A stretch of DNA of 43,152 nt from Chiloscyllium plagiosum. Lineage: Eukaryota. The stretch lies in assembly GCF_004010195.1 (NCBI RefSeq), contig NC_057720.1, positions 23,864,135 through 23,907,286 of the forward strand, written 5' to 3'. The notes under the pieces are model-generated. The model saw nothing but the letters and a program-made list of their open reading frames with translations, was not told where the DNA came from and did not search any database. This document shows, piece after piece, positions 23,598 through 35,992 of this stretch. The position numbers and the translations under genes were made by a program. Position 1 is the stretch's first letter, and every line of letters starts with the position of its first letter.

Positions 23598-24790
23598 TCT
23601 TTAATGGGACATGGGCATCACTAGCTGGGCCAGTATTTATTGCCTGTTCCTAATTGCCCTTGAGAAGATGGTGATGAGCTGCCTTCTTGAACTGCTGCAG
23701 TCCCCATGTGCTCTAGGTTGACCCACAATGCCCTTAAGGGGAAAATTCCAGAACTTTGACCAAGTGACAGCGAAGGAACAGCAATGTATTTCCAAATCAG
23801 GATGGTAAGTGGCTTGGAGGGCAACTCATTGGTGGTGGTATTCCCATGCATGTGCTGCCCTTGTCCTTCTACATGGAAGTAGTCAGGGTTTGGAAGGTGC
23901 TGTCTGAGGATCTTTGGGGGAATTTCTGCAGTGCATCTTGCAGATGGCATGCGCTGCTGCTACTGAGCATTGGTAGTGGAGGAAGTGGATGCTTGTGGAT
24001 GCAGTGTCAACCAAGCAGACAGCTTTGTCCTGGATGGTCTCAAGTATCTTCAGTGTTGTTGGAGCTGCACCCATCCAGGCAAGTAAAGTGTATTCCATCA
24101 CACTCCTGACTTGTGTCTTGTAGATGGTAGACAGGCTTTGGGAGTCAGGAGGTGAGTTAGTCGCCACAGTATTCCTATCATCTGACCTGCTCTTGAAGCC
24201 ACTATATTTAAATGGTGAAACCAGTTGAGTTTTTGGTCAATGGTAATCCCCTAGATGTTGAGAGTGGGGGGATTCAGTGATGGTAGCACCATTGAATGTC
24301 AACTGGCAGTGATTAGATTGTCTCTTATTAGAGATGGTCACAGCCAGGCATTTGTATGGTGCAATTGTTACTTGTCACTTAAAAGCCCAAGCCTGAATAT
24401 TGTCCAAATCCTGTTGCATTTGAGCAGGGAATACTTCAGTATCTCAGAAGTCAAGAATGGTGCTGAACATTGCATAACCATCAACAAACATTTCCATTTC
24501 TGACCTTATGATAGAGAGAAGGTCATTGATGAAGCAGCTGAAGATGGTTGGGCCTAGGATACTACCCTGAGGAACCCCTGCAGAGATGTCCTGGAACTGA
24601 GATGACCCGACCTCCTATAATCACAACCATCATTCTATGTACCAGGTATGATTCCAACCAACAGAGAGTTTGCCTCAATACCTAGATTCCAATTACACTC
24701 CTTGGTGTTACACTCAGTCAAGTGTGGTCTTGAGCTTTTAGACTCACTTCACCTCTTGAATTCAGCTCTTTTGTCCATGTTTAAACCAAA
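23598..24790 (-). mobile_element. CR1/L2-superfamily LINE family 2, RT and 3' end
   Basis: GVPQGSILGPTIFSCFINDL; SLSTIYKTQVRSVMEYTLLAWMGAAPTTLKILETIQDKA; 3' tail caagggcaattagg. Confidence 0.88.
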
Positions 24791-25888
24791 GTTTAAATTA
24801 CAAATGCTACAGGAAGGACAGAAAGGGAGGCAATAGAGAAGGGCATTTTTGATAAGGGATAGCATTACAGCTGTGCTGAGGGAGGATATTCCCGGAAATA
24901 CATCCAGGGAAGTTATTTGGGTGGAACTGAGAAATAAGAAAGGGATGATAACCTTATTGGGATTGCATTATATCCCCTCTAATAGTCATAGGGAAATTGA
25001 GAAACAAACTTGTAAGGAGATCTCAGCTATCTGTAAGAATAATAGGGTGGTTATGGTAGGGGATTTTAACTTTCCAAACATAGACTGGGACTGCCATAGT
25101 GTTAAAGGTTTAGATGGAGAGGAATTTGTTAAGTGTGTACAAGACAATTTTCTGATTCAATATGTGGATGTACCTACTAGANNNNNNNNNNNNNNNNNNN
25201 NNNNNNNNNNNNNNNNNNNNNNNNNNNNNNNNNNNNNNNNNNNNNNNNNNNNNNNNNNNNNNNNNNNNNNNNNNNNNNNNNNNNNNNNNNNNNNNNNNNN
25301 NNNNNNNNNNNNNNNNNNNNNNNNNNNNNNNNNNNNNNNNNNNNNNNNNNNNNNNNNNNNNNNNNNNNNNNNNNNNNNNNATTAAGGACAAAAGGGTAAC
25401 TAGGGAGAGAATAGGGCCTCTCAAAGTCAGCAAAGCAGCCTTTGTGTGGAGCTGCAGAAAATGGGGGAGATACTAAATGAGTATTTTGCATCAGTATTTA
25501 CTGTGAAAAAGGATATGGAAGATATAGACTGTAGGGAAATAGATGGTGACATCTTGCAAAATGTCCATATTACAGAGGAGCAAGTGCTGGATGTCTTGAA
25601 ACGGATAAAAGTGGGTAAATCCCCAAGACCTGATCAGGTGTACCCTAGAACTCTGTGGGAAGCTAGTGAAGTGATTGCTGGGCCTTTTGCTGAGATATTT
25701 GTATCATTGATAGTCATAGGTGAGGTGCTGGAAGACTGGAGGTTGGCTAACGTGGTGCCACTATTTAAGAAGGGTGGTAAGGACACACCAGGGAATTATA
25801 GACCAGTCAGCCTGATGTCAGTGGTGGGCAAGTTGTTGGAGGGAATCCTGAGGGACAGGATGTACATGTATTTGGAAAGGCAAGGACT
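24791..25888 (+). mobile_element. Internal CR1 ORF2 fragment (EN to RT start), with N gap
   Basis: EVIWVELRNK..VVMVGDFNFPNIDW; DWRLANVVPLFKKG..PGNYRPVSL..YLERQGL; no 3' tail. Confidence 0.9.
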
Positions 25889-25894
25889 TTATGC

Positions 25895-27900
25895 CTCAAA
25901 GATGTAATGAGGTCAGAAGTGGAGTGGCCCTGGCACAACCCAAACTAGATGTTGCTATGTAGGTTACTACTGAGAGGTTCTGCCTGATTGCACTGTTCAT
26001 AACACCTTCCATCACTTTACTGATGATTGGGAATAGACTGTTGGGGCAGAAATTGGCTGGGTTGGATTTCTGTTGCTTTTTGTGAACAGGACATATCTAG
26101 ATAATTTTGTCGGGTAGGTGCCAGTGTTTTACCTGTGCTACAAGAGCCTGGCTAGGGGAGCAGCAAGTTCAAGAGTACAAGTCTTCCGTACTACTGCTGG
26201 AATGTTGTCAGGGTCCATAGCCTTGACAGTATCTAGTGCCTCCAACAGTTTCTTGATATCATGTGGAATGAATTGAATTGACTGAAGACTGGTATCTGTG
26301 ATGCTGAAGAATCATGGAGCAGACCAAGTTGGATCATCTACTCAGCACTTCCAGCTGAAGATTGCTGCAAAAGCTTATTTTTTGCACTGATGTGCTGGAC
26401 TTTTTCATTATTGAGCACAGGGATATTTGTGGGGCCTCCTCTTCCACTGAATTGCTTAATTGTCCATCACAGTTCATAACAGGATGTGATCTCTGCAGGA
26501 CAGAGCTTAGATGTGATCTGTTGGTTTTGGGATTAACTCTATCTATAATGTGCTGCTTAATCAGTTGGCATCAAGTAGTCCTGTCTGGTGGCTTCACCAG
26601 GTTGACACCACATTTTCAGGTATGTGTGGTGCTATTTCTGGCATGTTCTCCTGAACTCTCTATGGAACCAAGGTTGATCCCCTGGCTTAATGGTAATGGT
26701 TGAGTGGGGGAATATGCTGGGCCATGAGGTTGCAGGTTGTGCTGGAGTACAGTCCTGCTGCTGTTGATGGGTCACAGCCCCTCACGCCTGATTTGTTCAA
26801 AGTCTGTCCCATTTAGAACGGTGATAGTGCCACACAACACGATGGAGGTTATTCTCAATGTGAAGGAGTGACTTCATCTCCACAAAGACTGTGCAGTGGT
26901 CACTCTTACCAATACTGTCATGGACAGATGCATCTGCAGATGGAAGATTAATAAGGATGAGGTCAAGTATGTTTTTCCCTCTTATGTGTTCCCTCACTAT
27001 CTTCTGCAGACCCAGTCTAGCAGTTATGTCCTTTAGGACCTGACCAGGTCAATCAGTAGTGCTGCTGTTGAATCACTCTTTGTGGTGGACATTAAAATCC
27101 CCCAGGGTACATTTTGCACTCTTGCCATCCTTACTGCTTCCTCCAAGTGTTGTCAATATGGTGGAGCACTGATTCATCAGTGGTTAGCTCTGCTGCCTCA
27201 CAGCGCCAGAGACCCGGGTTCAATTCCCGCCTCAAGCGACTGACTGTGTGGAATTTGCACGTTCTCCCCGTGTCTGCGTGGGTTTCCCCTGGGTGCTCCA
27301 GTTTCCTCCCACAGTCCAAAGATGTGCAGGTCAGGTGAATTGGCTATGCTAAATTGCCCATAGTGTTAAGTAAGGGGTAAATGTAGGGGTATGGGTGGGT
27401 TACGCTTGCCATCCTTACTGTGATAATCAGCAGGACGTTTCCTTACCCATATTTAACCTGAAGCCATGACATTTCATGGGGTCTAAAATTAATGTTGAGG
27501 ACTCCCACAGCAACTTCTTCCTATCTGTATACCACTGTCCACCACCTCTGCTGGATCTGTCCTATTGGTGGACAGGTGGTGATGGTGAAGTCTGGAAAAT
27601 TGTGTGGAAAGTATTATTCCATGAGTGTGACTATTTCATGCTGTTGCTGGACTATTCTGCGAGTTAGCTCTTCCAATTTCAGCGCTGGCCCTAGATGTTA
27701 GTAAATAAGACTTTACAGGGCTGTTTTTACCATTGTCTTCTCTGGTGCATAGGTCAATGCCAGGTTGTCTGTCCAGTTAAGTATTTTGTTGAGATTTTGT
27801 GGTGGTAGATACAACTGAGTGGCTTGCTAGGCCATTTCAAAGGGCAATTGAAAGCCAACTGTATTGCAGTAGATCTGGAGTCTCATAGCTAGACCATACC
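25895..27900 (-). mobile_element. LINE family 2, 5' half (APE endonuclease and 5'UTR)
   Basis: RGKNILDLIL...IGKSDH EN motif at 26797-26997; resumes the element broken at 24790. Confidence 0.85.
27178..27404 (+). mobile_element. HE1-type SINE truncated at both ends
   Basis: Highly similar to 19764-19995 but lacks the first ~16 nt and the 3' tail. Confidence 0.92.
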
Positions 27901-27911
27901 AGAAGAACCTT

Positions 27912-28040
27912 GGTCGAAGTCACTGGACTGGAAGTATTAACTCTGTTTCTATCCCCACAGATGTCACCAGATCTGCTGAGTTTCTCCAACGAATGCTGTT
28001 TTTGTTTCAGATCTCCAGCATTCGCCGTTCTTTGTTTTAT
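27912..28040 (+). mobile_element. PLE-terminus remnant, family C
   Basis: gtcactggac..attaactctg..cacagatg..ctgctgagtttctcc..tttcagatctccagcatt. Confidence 0.7.
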
Positions 28041-28139
28041 GACAGGAAGTTGTTGTTGTGTCTTCCATCAGTCAGCATACTTACCACAGGTTAGTGATCC
28101 TCTCACTGTCTGTGGAATATTTGGATGTCATATGTTAAG

Positions 28140-28448
28140 AGCAAAGATATTTTCCCTAGTCTAGGGGATTTCAAAGGTACGCGGCATAATTTTAAGGCAG
28201 GGGGAAAGATTTAAAAGGGATCTCTGGGGCAACGTTTCACTGACAGGGTGGTTTGTGGAATGAACTGCTGGAGGAAGTGGTAGATGCAGGTCTTAAAAGA
28301 CATTTGGATAGATACATGACTAGGAAAGGTTTAGCGGGATATGGGTCAAACACAGGCAAATGGGATTAGCTTAGTTTGGGTAATTTGGTCGACATGGACG
28401 AGTCAGATCGAAGGGCCTCTTTTTGTGCTGTATGACTTTGTGAGTCTA
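28140..28448 (+). mobile_element. CR1/HER1 3' fragment
   Basis: tggaatgaactgctggaggaagtggtagatgcagg...gtgctgtatgact. Confidence 0.8.
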
Positions 28449-28627
28449 ATCTGAGCTGTCATTATCACTTATTCAGCTTCGCTTCTGACCTGGTTGACTA
28501 TCAATAATCCCTTTGACTGCCTTCCCCTTTCATAGCTCTCTCTCTGGCCTCTGTCTCCATCTATTTTCTCTCCCCTACCTTTTCCAAACCTGATCTTCAG
28601 TACAAATACCATTTTTTCCTAACTGGT

Positions 28628-29612
28628 AAACTTGATTGACTTTTTTGATGAAGTAACAAAGAAGATTGATCAGGGCAGAGCAGTAGATGTGATCTTTATG
28701 GACTTCAGTAAGGTGTTCGACAAGGCTCCCCATGGGAGACTGATTAGCAAGGTTAGATCTCATGGAATACAGGGAGAACTAGCCATTTGGATACAGAACT
28801 GGCTCAAAGGTAGAAGACAGAGGGTGGTGATGGAGGGTTGTTTTTCAGACTGGAGGCCTGTGACCAGTGGAGTGCCAGAAGATCGGTGCTGGGTCCTCTA
28901 CTTTTTGTCATTTACATAAATTATTTGGATGCGAGCATAAGAGGTACAGTTTGTAAATTTGCAGATGACACCAAAATTGGAGGTGTAGTGGACAGCGAAG
29001 AGGGTTACCTCAGATTACAACAGGATCTTGACCAGATGGGCNNNNNNNNNNNNNNNNNNNNNNNNNNNNNNNNNNNNNNNNNNNNNNNNNNNNNNNNNNN
29101 NNNNNNNNNNNNNNNNNNNNNNNNNNNNNNNNNNNNNNNNNNNNNNNNNNNNNNNNNNNNNNNNNNNNNNNNNNNNNNNNNNNNNNNNNNNNNTGGGGCT
29201 GTTTTCCCTGGAGCGTCGGAGGCTGAGGGGTGACCTTATAGAGGTTTACAAAATTATGAGGGGCATGGATAGGATAAATAGGCAAAGTCTTTTCCCTGGG
29301 GTCGGGGAGTCCAGAACTAGAGATCATAGGTTTAGGGTGAGAGGGGAAAGATAGAAAAGAGACCTAAGGGGCAACTTTTCATGCAGAGGGTGGTACGTGT
29401 ATGGAATGAGCTGGCAGAAGATGTGGTGGAGGCTGGTACAATTGCAACATTTAAGAGGCATTTGGATGGGTATATGAATAGGAAGGTTTGGAGGGATATG
29501 GGCCGGGTGCGGGCAGGTGGGACTAGATTGGGTTGGGATATCTGGTCGGCATGGACAGGTTGGACCGAAGGGTCTGTTTCCATGCTGTACATCTCTATGG
29601 CTCTATGACTCT
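28628..29612 (+). mobile_element. CR1/HER1 RT and 3' end, with N gap
   Basis: NLIDFFDEVTK, DFSKVFDK, KFADDTKIGG, GLFSLERRRLRGDL; ctctatgactctatg tail. Confidence 0.92.
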
Positions 29613-29725
29613 ATGGTATCAGTTCTGATGAAGGGTCACCAGACTCAAAACATTAACTTTACTTTCTCTCCACAGATGCTGCCAAACCTGCAGAGTATCT
29701 CCAGCAATTGCTGTTTTTGCCAAAA
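29613..29725 (+). mobile_element. PLE terminus, family C (upstream part probably 28450-28627, split by the CR1)
   Basis: agttCTGATGA-A-GGGTC acca GACTC-aaaacattaact hammerhead remnant. Confidence 0.75.
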
Positions 29726-30044
29726 ATGAATTATTCCACATAAAGAAAGGAAGATAAAGACTGATGCCTGAAAGCTTTGTTAAAGGAAGGGAAACAGTGT
29801 CTGAGGACAGGTAGAATTAATACAGCTGAAAATTCTACTACCAAGACTGAGATAAAGAAAAACCTAGTTTGCAGCATCCCTAGATCAGAAGAATTGGAGT
29901 GCTTGGAAAAGACTATAGATGGCAGTCATTTCGAAACCTGAGGAGGAATTTGAAAACAAAGAGAGGATTTTAAATTTAATAGATGTATTAACAACCTGAA
30001 GCTTAGTGAATTAACACAACAGAGATACCAAAGTATAGAACAAT

Positions 30045-30140
30045 GGAAAACAAAGACATGCATTTATATATCATTTTTCATGACAGCAGACATTTCAAAG
30101 GGTTTTACAGCCACTGAAGTAATTTTGAAATGTACATTTG
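30045..30140 (-). mobile_element. DeuSINE-type 3' tail
   Basis: Reverse complement of the tail seen at 39170-39292. Confidence 0.5.
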
Positions 30141-30203
30141 TTACATAACAAAGGTATGGAATAAAGATTATACCTGCTTTGTGTGGAAAAGTTGAAAACA
30201 TAC

Positions 30204-30230
30204 CTTATATAGAAGAGTTGGAACATGTGA
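30204..30230 (-). CDS. Candidate 27-nt frame-preserving microexon (SHVPTLLYK, or HMFQLFYI in another phase)
   Basis: Minus strand: CTAAC branch site, ctttcctattttgttcaaCAG, exon tcacatgttccaactcttctatataag, then GTATGT. Confidence 0.55.
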
Positions 30231-32125
30231 CTGTTGAACAAAATAGGAAAGGTTAGATAATTCCTTCATGCAGTAGTATATAAGATGGAATGTCTTTTCT
30301 TTTAAATATCCAATTAAAAGAAACAGTTTTGCTTTTTTTCCAAAATATAATGCCAAGCAAATGTTATTGTGACCACAAATAATCCAAGAAAGTCGTCCAA
30401 TGAAGAACAGTAAAATCCAAGGAGACAGTTCCGCAGAAAATATTAACTATCTCTGGTAATATTTACTAACTACTATTTTAACAAAATTGTTAATCTATTC
30501 ATTTCAAATGTAGTAATACCTCTGCTTAAATAGAAACAAATGTTAATTGTTTAGAGAATAATATCTTCAATATTAATTGTCTATTCTGCTGTTTTAAACA
30601 CAAGTTAATTGTGTACGAGTAATGAGTTATATTTTGACAATCTTACTTAGTAGATTTAGTTTTTAATATTTCCATATGCACATGGTATTAGATCATAGAT
30701 CATATAAACATGATGATAATTAGATACTTATTCTAATCTGAACTTCAAATATGCCGTTTGGTTTTGTATTTTGTTTCCAGAAGATACTCATAGGATTTCA
30801 TATTCACCACCAGGCCTGTTTCAAAATAAAACAGTTCTTTAAGGTATGATTCACAGAGGAAACTCAGGATGATTCACATGAAAATCTTTTGAGACGACTT
30901 AATCAAATGCTATTTTAAAGCATCAAAAATGTGAAGTGCTTGAAACAAAAAGAAGTGTTTGCTTTCTATTTTAAATGGTTCACAGTTTGAATTCACAATA
31001 CCTAGAACTCTGAACTCACTGCCACTGTGTCCCTTGTAAATAATCACCATGGTAACAATGCTGAGAAAATTGCCTGACACGCTGACAGCTGCTGTCACCT
31101 CCTTAATGACTAGCTATTTGCTTCCTTTTCCCCAATCTCCCAAAACTATATTAAATTTAAATGCAATCAAAGCCGGAGCTTCGATGGATTTTGTAACCAA
31201 TTGCTAAATAGTAAATTTCCCCCATCTTCATCACTCCGATGCGATTCAGATGAATAAAATGTTGATTACCTACTGTGTCTGAACAAAAGAAGACAGCTTT
31301 GTAGCTTTAATTTACAACCACAGGAGAGATTTGATTGGACCCATAATGATAATGTTAACACCATTATGAACAAGGAGCTTTGCTGATTGGAGGGATATTT
31401 CATTTAACTCATTGTTGGTTCATCCCAAGCACAGCAATCAAGAAAAGATGTATGATTTCTCCAGGTGGCTTAATGGGATTTAGGCAGTGGGAAATCAAGC
31501 AGGTTGCTGACTCTAAGAGTTGTCTGCAGTGAACGTATTGAAGTTCACAAATGAACAATGATTACTTGAGCAGGATAGTGGAAAGTAACTAGTAATCGTG
31601 GTATCATCCTCCAAGCTAAAAGAAATTTCGTTCAGAAAAAAGAATATATTCAGGAACATTGATAAATTGGAGAGATTTCAATGCTACCTCATTTTGCATA
31701 ATGACATTCCTTAATATAGTGATTTTAACATAAAGTGTGAATCCCACATTACCAATAGAAATACTCATAAAGGGAAAGATTAGGAAGAGTGACCAAAGTC
31801 TGGTTAAAAAGCTTGGCTTTGAACAAAACTTTTAAAGGTGATGGGAAGCTATCAAAAAGAAAAGAAGTGGAGGGAGTTGTAAAAACTGGAGACATGGCAT
31901 TATCACCAGTTGTAATAGGAAAGGAGGAAAAACACACAAACTTGGAAACAAAGGATTGAAAATTGAGTGAGATTGCAAAATTAAAGTAGGAGAAGGTAAT
32001 CAGAAATTTCAAAATGAAAAACTAATAGATTGGATGTGGAGAATTAGTGCAATTCGGTGAGGGCACCAGTGATAAGCAAACATTATTTAATGCAATTACA
32101 TTTTAGGATAGATGAAGTTTATGGA

Positions 32126-33584
32126 CAAAGTTAACATTCACATAACACCAGGTTACAGTCCAACAGGTTTATTTGGAAGCATTAGCTTTCGGAGCGCTGC
32201 TCCTTTATCAAGTAGCTTTGGAAGAGGATCATAAGACACAGAATTTATAGCAGGAAAAAGTATGGACTGCAGAGTATGGTGATCCACATGGGGAGACAGC
32301 ACGCCAATTTGCGAGTCATTTCAGAGAACATCTCTAGGATACCCGCACCAACCAACCCCACACCCCTGTGGCTGAACACTTCAACTCCCCCTCCCATTCC
32401 ACCAAGCACATGCAGGTCCTGGGCCTGCTCCATCACCAAATCCTCACCACCCAATGCCTGGAGGAAGAATGCCTCATCTTCCGCCTTGTGACCCTGAAAC
32501 CACATGGGGTTAATGTGGATTTCACCAGTTTTCTCATATCCCCTCCCTCCACCTTATCCCAGGCCCAAGCCTCCAACTCTCACTGCCCTCTTGACCTGGG
32601 CATCTTCCTTCCCTGCTATCCACTCCACCCCTATCTCTGACCTATCATCTTCTCCCCCACCTTCATCTACCTATCACATTCTAAGCTACCTACCCTCCAG
32701 CCCCACCCCCCTCCCATTTATCTCTCAGATCCCCAGCCCACAAGCCTCAATCCTGATGAAGGGCTTATGCCTGAAACATTGATTCTCCTGCTCCTCAGAT
32801 GCTGCCTAACCTGCTGTGCTTTTCCAGCACCACTCTCTCATCAAAGAACTTATAGCAAAAGATTACAGTGTCATGCAACTGAAACGATATGTTGAACAAA
32901 CCTAGATTGCTGTTAAGTCTTTCATCTTTTAAAATGGGTTGCAGATTTCAGTTCATCATTATGTAAATCCCAGAACTTCTTTTAAGTCACATTCTTGAGA
33001 TAACTTAAAGCTTTATAAAAAGAAGTGATATCTCAACTCAGACAATATCATGGATTGAATGCCTGCATTGACTGCCTGAACTAAACATATTGATCAAGAC
33101 TTTTGATCCAGTCCATCAGAGTTCCACTCTCATTCACAATCTGCAGGCAGTCAATCCATGTAATGCTTTATAAATTCCTACTTTGGAAATAGAACCAGTT
33201 TGGCTCAAAATTGGGACATAGACAGACTCTAACCTCACTCTTTTAGTGCATTGGCTGAGCTGAGATGTCACCGTTTATTTATAAAACCTTAAATTATCTT
33301 GAGAATGTGACTTAAAAGTTCTGGGATTTACATATAAAGGCAACCCACTTTAAAAAATGAAAGACTTAACAGCAATCTAGGTTTGTTCAATATATCATTT
33401 CAGTTGCATGACACTGTAATCTTTTGCTATAAAGTCTGTGTCTTATGATCCTCTTCCAAAGCTACCTGATGAAGGAACAGCGCTCCAAAAGCTAATGCTT
33501 CCAAATGAACCTGTTGGATTAAAACCTGTTGTTGTGTGATTTTTAACTTTATCCAACCCAGTCCAACACCGGCACCTCCACATC
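32126..33584. mobile_element. Long fold-back PLE 3'-region element, family B
   Basis: About 300-bp inverted arms (32126-32252 plus 32858-33045 versus about 33255-33550); TSD gaag(g)tttatgga at 32114-32125 and 33585-33597; hammerhead core in each arm. Confidence 0.85.
32253..32844 (+). mobile_element. PLE family A fragment with GIY-YIG C-terminus, nested in the family B element
   Basis: VAEHFNSPSH..LEEECLIFRLVTLKPHGVNVDF; aatcCTGATGAaGGGCttatGCCTGAAAcattgatt at 32749-32784; TSD agaa(t/c)ttatagca at 32240-32252 and 32845-32857. Confidence 0.9.
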
Positions 33585-34617
33585 GAAGGTTTATGGAGAT
33601 TAGGTTTGGGAGATCAGAATTAAGGGCATGAGAATAATTGAGTCGAATGATAATAAAAACATGGTTAACATTTCAACAGTAGATGGACTGTGGCAGTGTT
33701 GCCAATGTTGTGTTAGTGGAATTTCATGATCTTGTAGATAAATAGGATAGGAGCTTTGAAACTAAACAGCATCATAGAACAGAGTTTAAACAAGAAGATG
33801 GAGAGTGATGAAGGGTAATTTTTTGACTTTTCTGCTTGAGCATCAGTAATTGTCTAGACAAAGGACAAAATGGAAAATACACTGGGGAGGTTTTCACACT
33901 GGTAATGGAAGCTGTTAAATTTTCTTTCCGTTGAAATGAAGTGTAAAAATTGACATAGTTCCTTTGTGAGGCTTTTTGCACCTTGCACCACATTTCATTG
34001 AACTTCCATAGCAGCTTCTAACCAAGAAGGAAGACTGGAAGAAAAGTCAATGATGAGGCTATTGATTGTGGTGGTGATAGATGCAACACTTTAAATCTAC
34101 TGTCATACGTTAATTAGTAGGCTAAACCTGGTAGAAAGATCATAAAGCCCATAACTCATCCCGGCAGGAAGAGGGGCAGACTGCTTACAAGTAGGTAATG
34201 GGGGCACACCCTTATTTGTTTCAAACCATAGAGGACGACTGACCAAAAATGTTCTTTCAATAACATGGAGCTTCTCAAGTTACACAGTCACCTTCCTTAC
34301 CAAGTGTTCTCCATACTCTTGAAGCACATTAAACTACGGTACAATCATGCGTTATATTTATACATCTTCTAGAAGTGGGTTAAGAAAAGCTGTGATTACT
34401 CCATTAGGATTATTGGATGAATGTTTTTCTTTAATGTTGCATCTTTGGGAAACATGGTTTTAGCATAATTGCTGGGATCACACTGGACAAAGCCCTCCAT
34501 CGTTGATCTTGCTGAAGATTACAAGCATATTTGAAAAGTATCTAGTTTATGTCAGTTCAGTAGGTTCAAAGACCACTGTCGTGCCCACTCTCTGATGCCC
34601 GTCTTCCCACAATTGAG

Positions 34618-35476
34618 AACAAAATCTGCTGGAAATCATAGCAGGTCAGAGAGCATCAATGGAGAGTAGAGTAGAGTAGAGCAGCTGTTTATTTGTCATT
34701 TTGACCATATACAACTGATACAGTAAAAATGAGACAGTTTTCCTCCAGGACTGAGGGTGCTACATGGGCACAAACAAGTGCATAAGAAGTTCAAAACACA
34801 CAAGATACAGTGTAATAGAAGAATGATAGATAATAGACATTTTTCTAGCAGCAATGTGAAGTCGCGCAAAGAATTTCAGATAGGAAAGAATCTGATCATA
34901 CTGTGCTAAGGAGCCTGATGGCTTGGGAGAAGAAACTGCTGCATAGTCTGACTGTGAGAGACCGAATGCTGCAGTATCTTCTGCCGGATGGCAGGAGGGA
35001 GAAGAGTTTGAGCGAGGGGTATGTGGACAGCAAGCTAACATTTCAAACCTAGATGACTCTTTGTCAGAGCTGACATGAAGTTGGAGGGGGCAGCAAGCAT
35101 ACAAACGTTGGGGGGGTGGGAGGGGCAGTGCAGGGAGAGAAAGGATGTTGATAGCGCAGATTAAGTGATCGGAATGTGAGAATGGCAGAACTGCCAGACT
35201 GGGAAGAACAGACAGTCCCAATGGGGTGGGGTAAGGAGAGAGAGGACATGGTGACAGACAACATACAAAGTAAAGCTAAAATAAAGGGAAGGAATGGAAG
35301 TTGGTTTACATTCTGAAGGTGTTGAACTCAATATTGAGCCCAGACGATTGTAAAGAGACTCAAAACGTTAGCTTGCTTTCTCTCCATCAATGTTGCCTGA
35401 CCCATTGTGACCTCCAGGCCTTTTTGTTTTCAGTACACATTCCAACATCTGCAGTAATTTCCTCATAATCTTTTTC
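34618..35476. mobile_element. Fold-back PLE element (C-like) with ORF end on the minus arm
   Basis: 12-bp TSD cccacaattgag at 34606-34617 and 35477-35488; minus strand SGLNIEFNTFRM* near 35310-35347; inverted terminal copies. Confidence 0.78.
34664..35025 (-). mobile_element. Rex1/Babar LINE 3' fragment nested in PLE
   Basis: Minus strand LFSLLPSGRRYCSIRS..FFSQAIRLL; (agagt)n tail at 34664-34681. Confidence 0.75.
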
Positions 35477-35820
35477 CCCACAATTGAGGACTGATTACCT
35501 AAGTAATTCCCCACCCATCCTTCCTGCTGTGTTCACATTGACTCATAGAATGGCTTGTGTGGCTTACTGTACTAAAATCACCAATTTCCAGAATTATTCT
35601 GGGTGTAAAATGGACTTGGGAACTCCCCTCTTAGGTACACCAACTGCTGTTTCAATCCTGAGCAGCCCTTACTTTGTTTGGGGCCAAAGCAGGGCGGAAT
35701 GTTCCAGAAACAGCTTAGACACAATGCAGTCAGACATTAGGGAGCTTACTGAAGGTTGCACCTGTGTCCCACCGAATTACAGCAATCCCAATTGACCTTT
35801 GTAGCAATGCTTACACATTG

Positions 35821-35992
35821 TTGAAACTTTATTGCTGGAACAGCACAGCAGGTCAGGCAGCATCCAGCACAGGCCCTTCTTCAGGAAACGTCGAATCTCC
35901 TGTTCCCTGGATGCTGCCTGACCTGCTGTGCTGTTCCAGCAATAAAGTTTCAACCTTGATCTCCAGCATCTGCAGACCTCACTTTCTCCCCG
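35821..35992. mobile_element. Fold-back PLE-terminus mini-element, family A
   Basis: Perfect arms ttgaaactttattgctggaacagcacagcaggtcaggcagcatccag and its reverse complement; perfect 14-bp TSD atgcttacacattg at 35807-35820 and 35993-36006. Confidence 0.92.

Noticed and set aside
30781..30843. Plus-strand 63-nt exon-like segment (tttccAG...AAG|GTATGA)
   Set aside because: The peptide KILIGFHIHHQACFKIKQFFK is unrecognised, the strand is opposite to the better candidates, and such signals arise by chance in AT-rich DNA.
35821..35992. Hairpins as MITEs or pre-miRNAs
   Set aside because: Long variable TSDs, asymmetric ends and homology to a PLE terminus point to retroelement origin.
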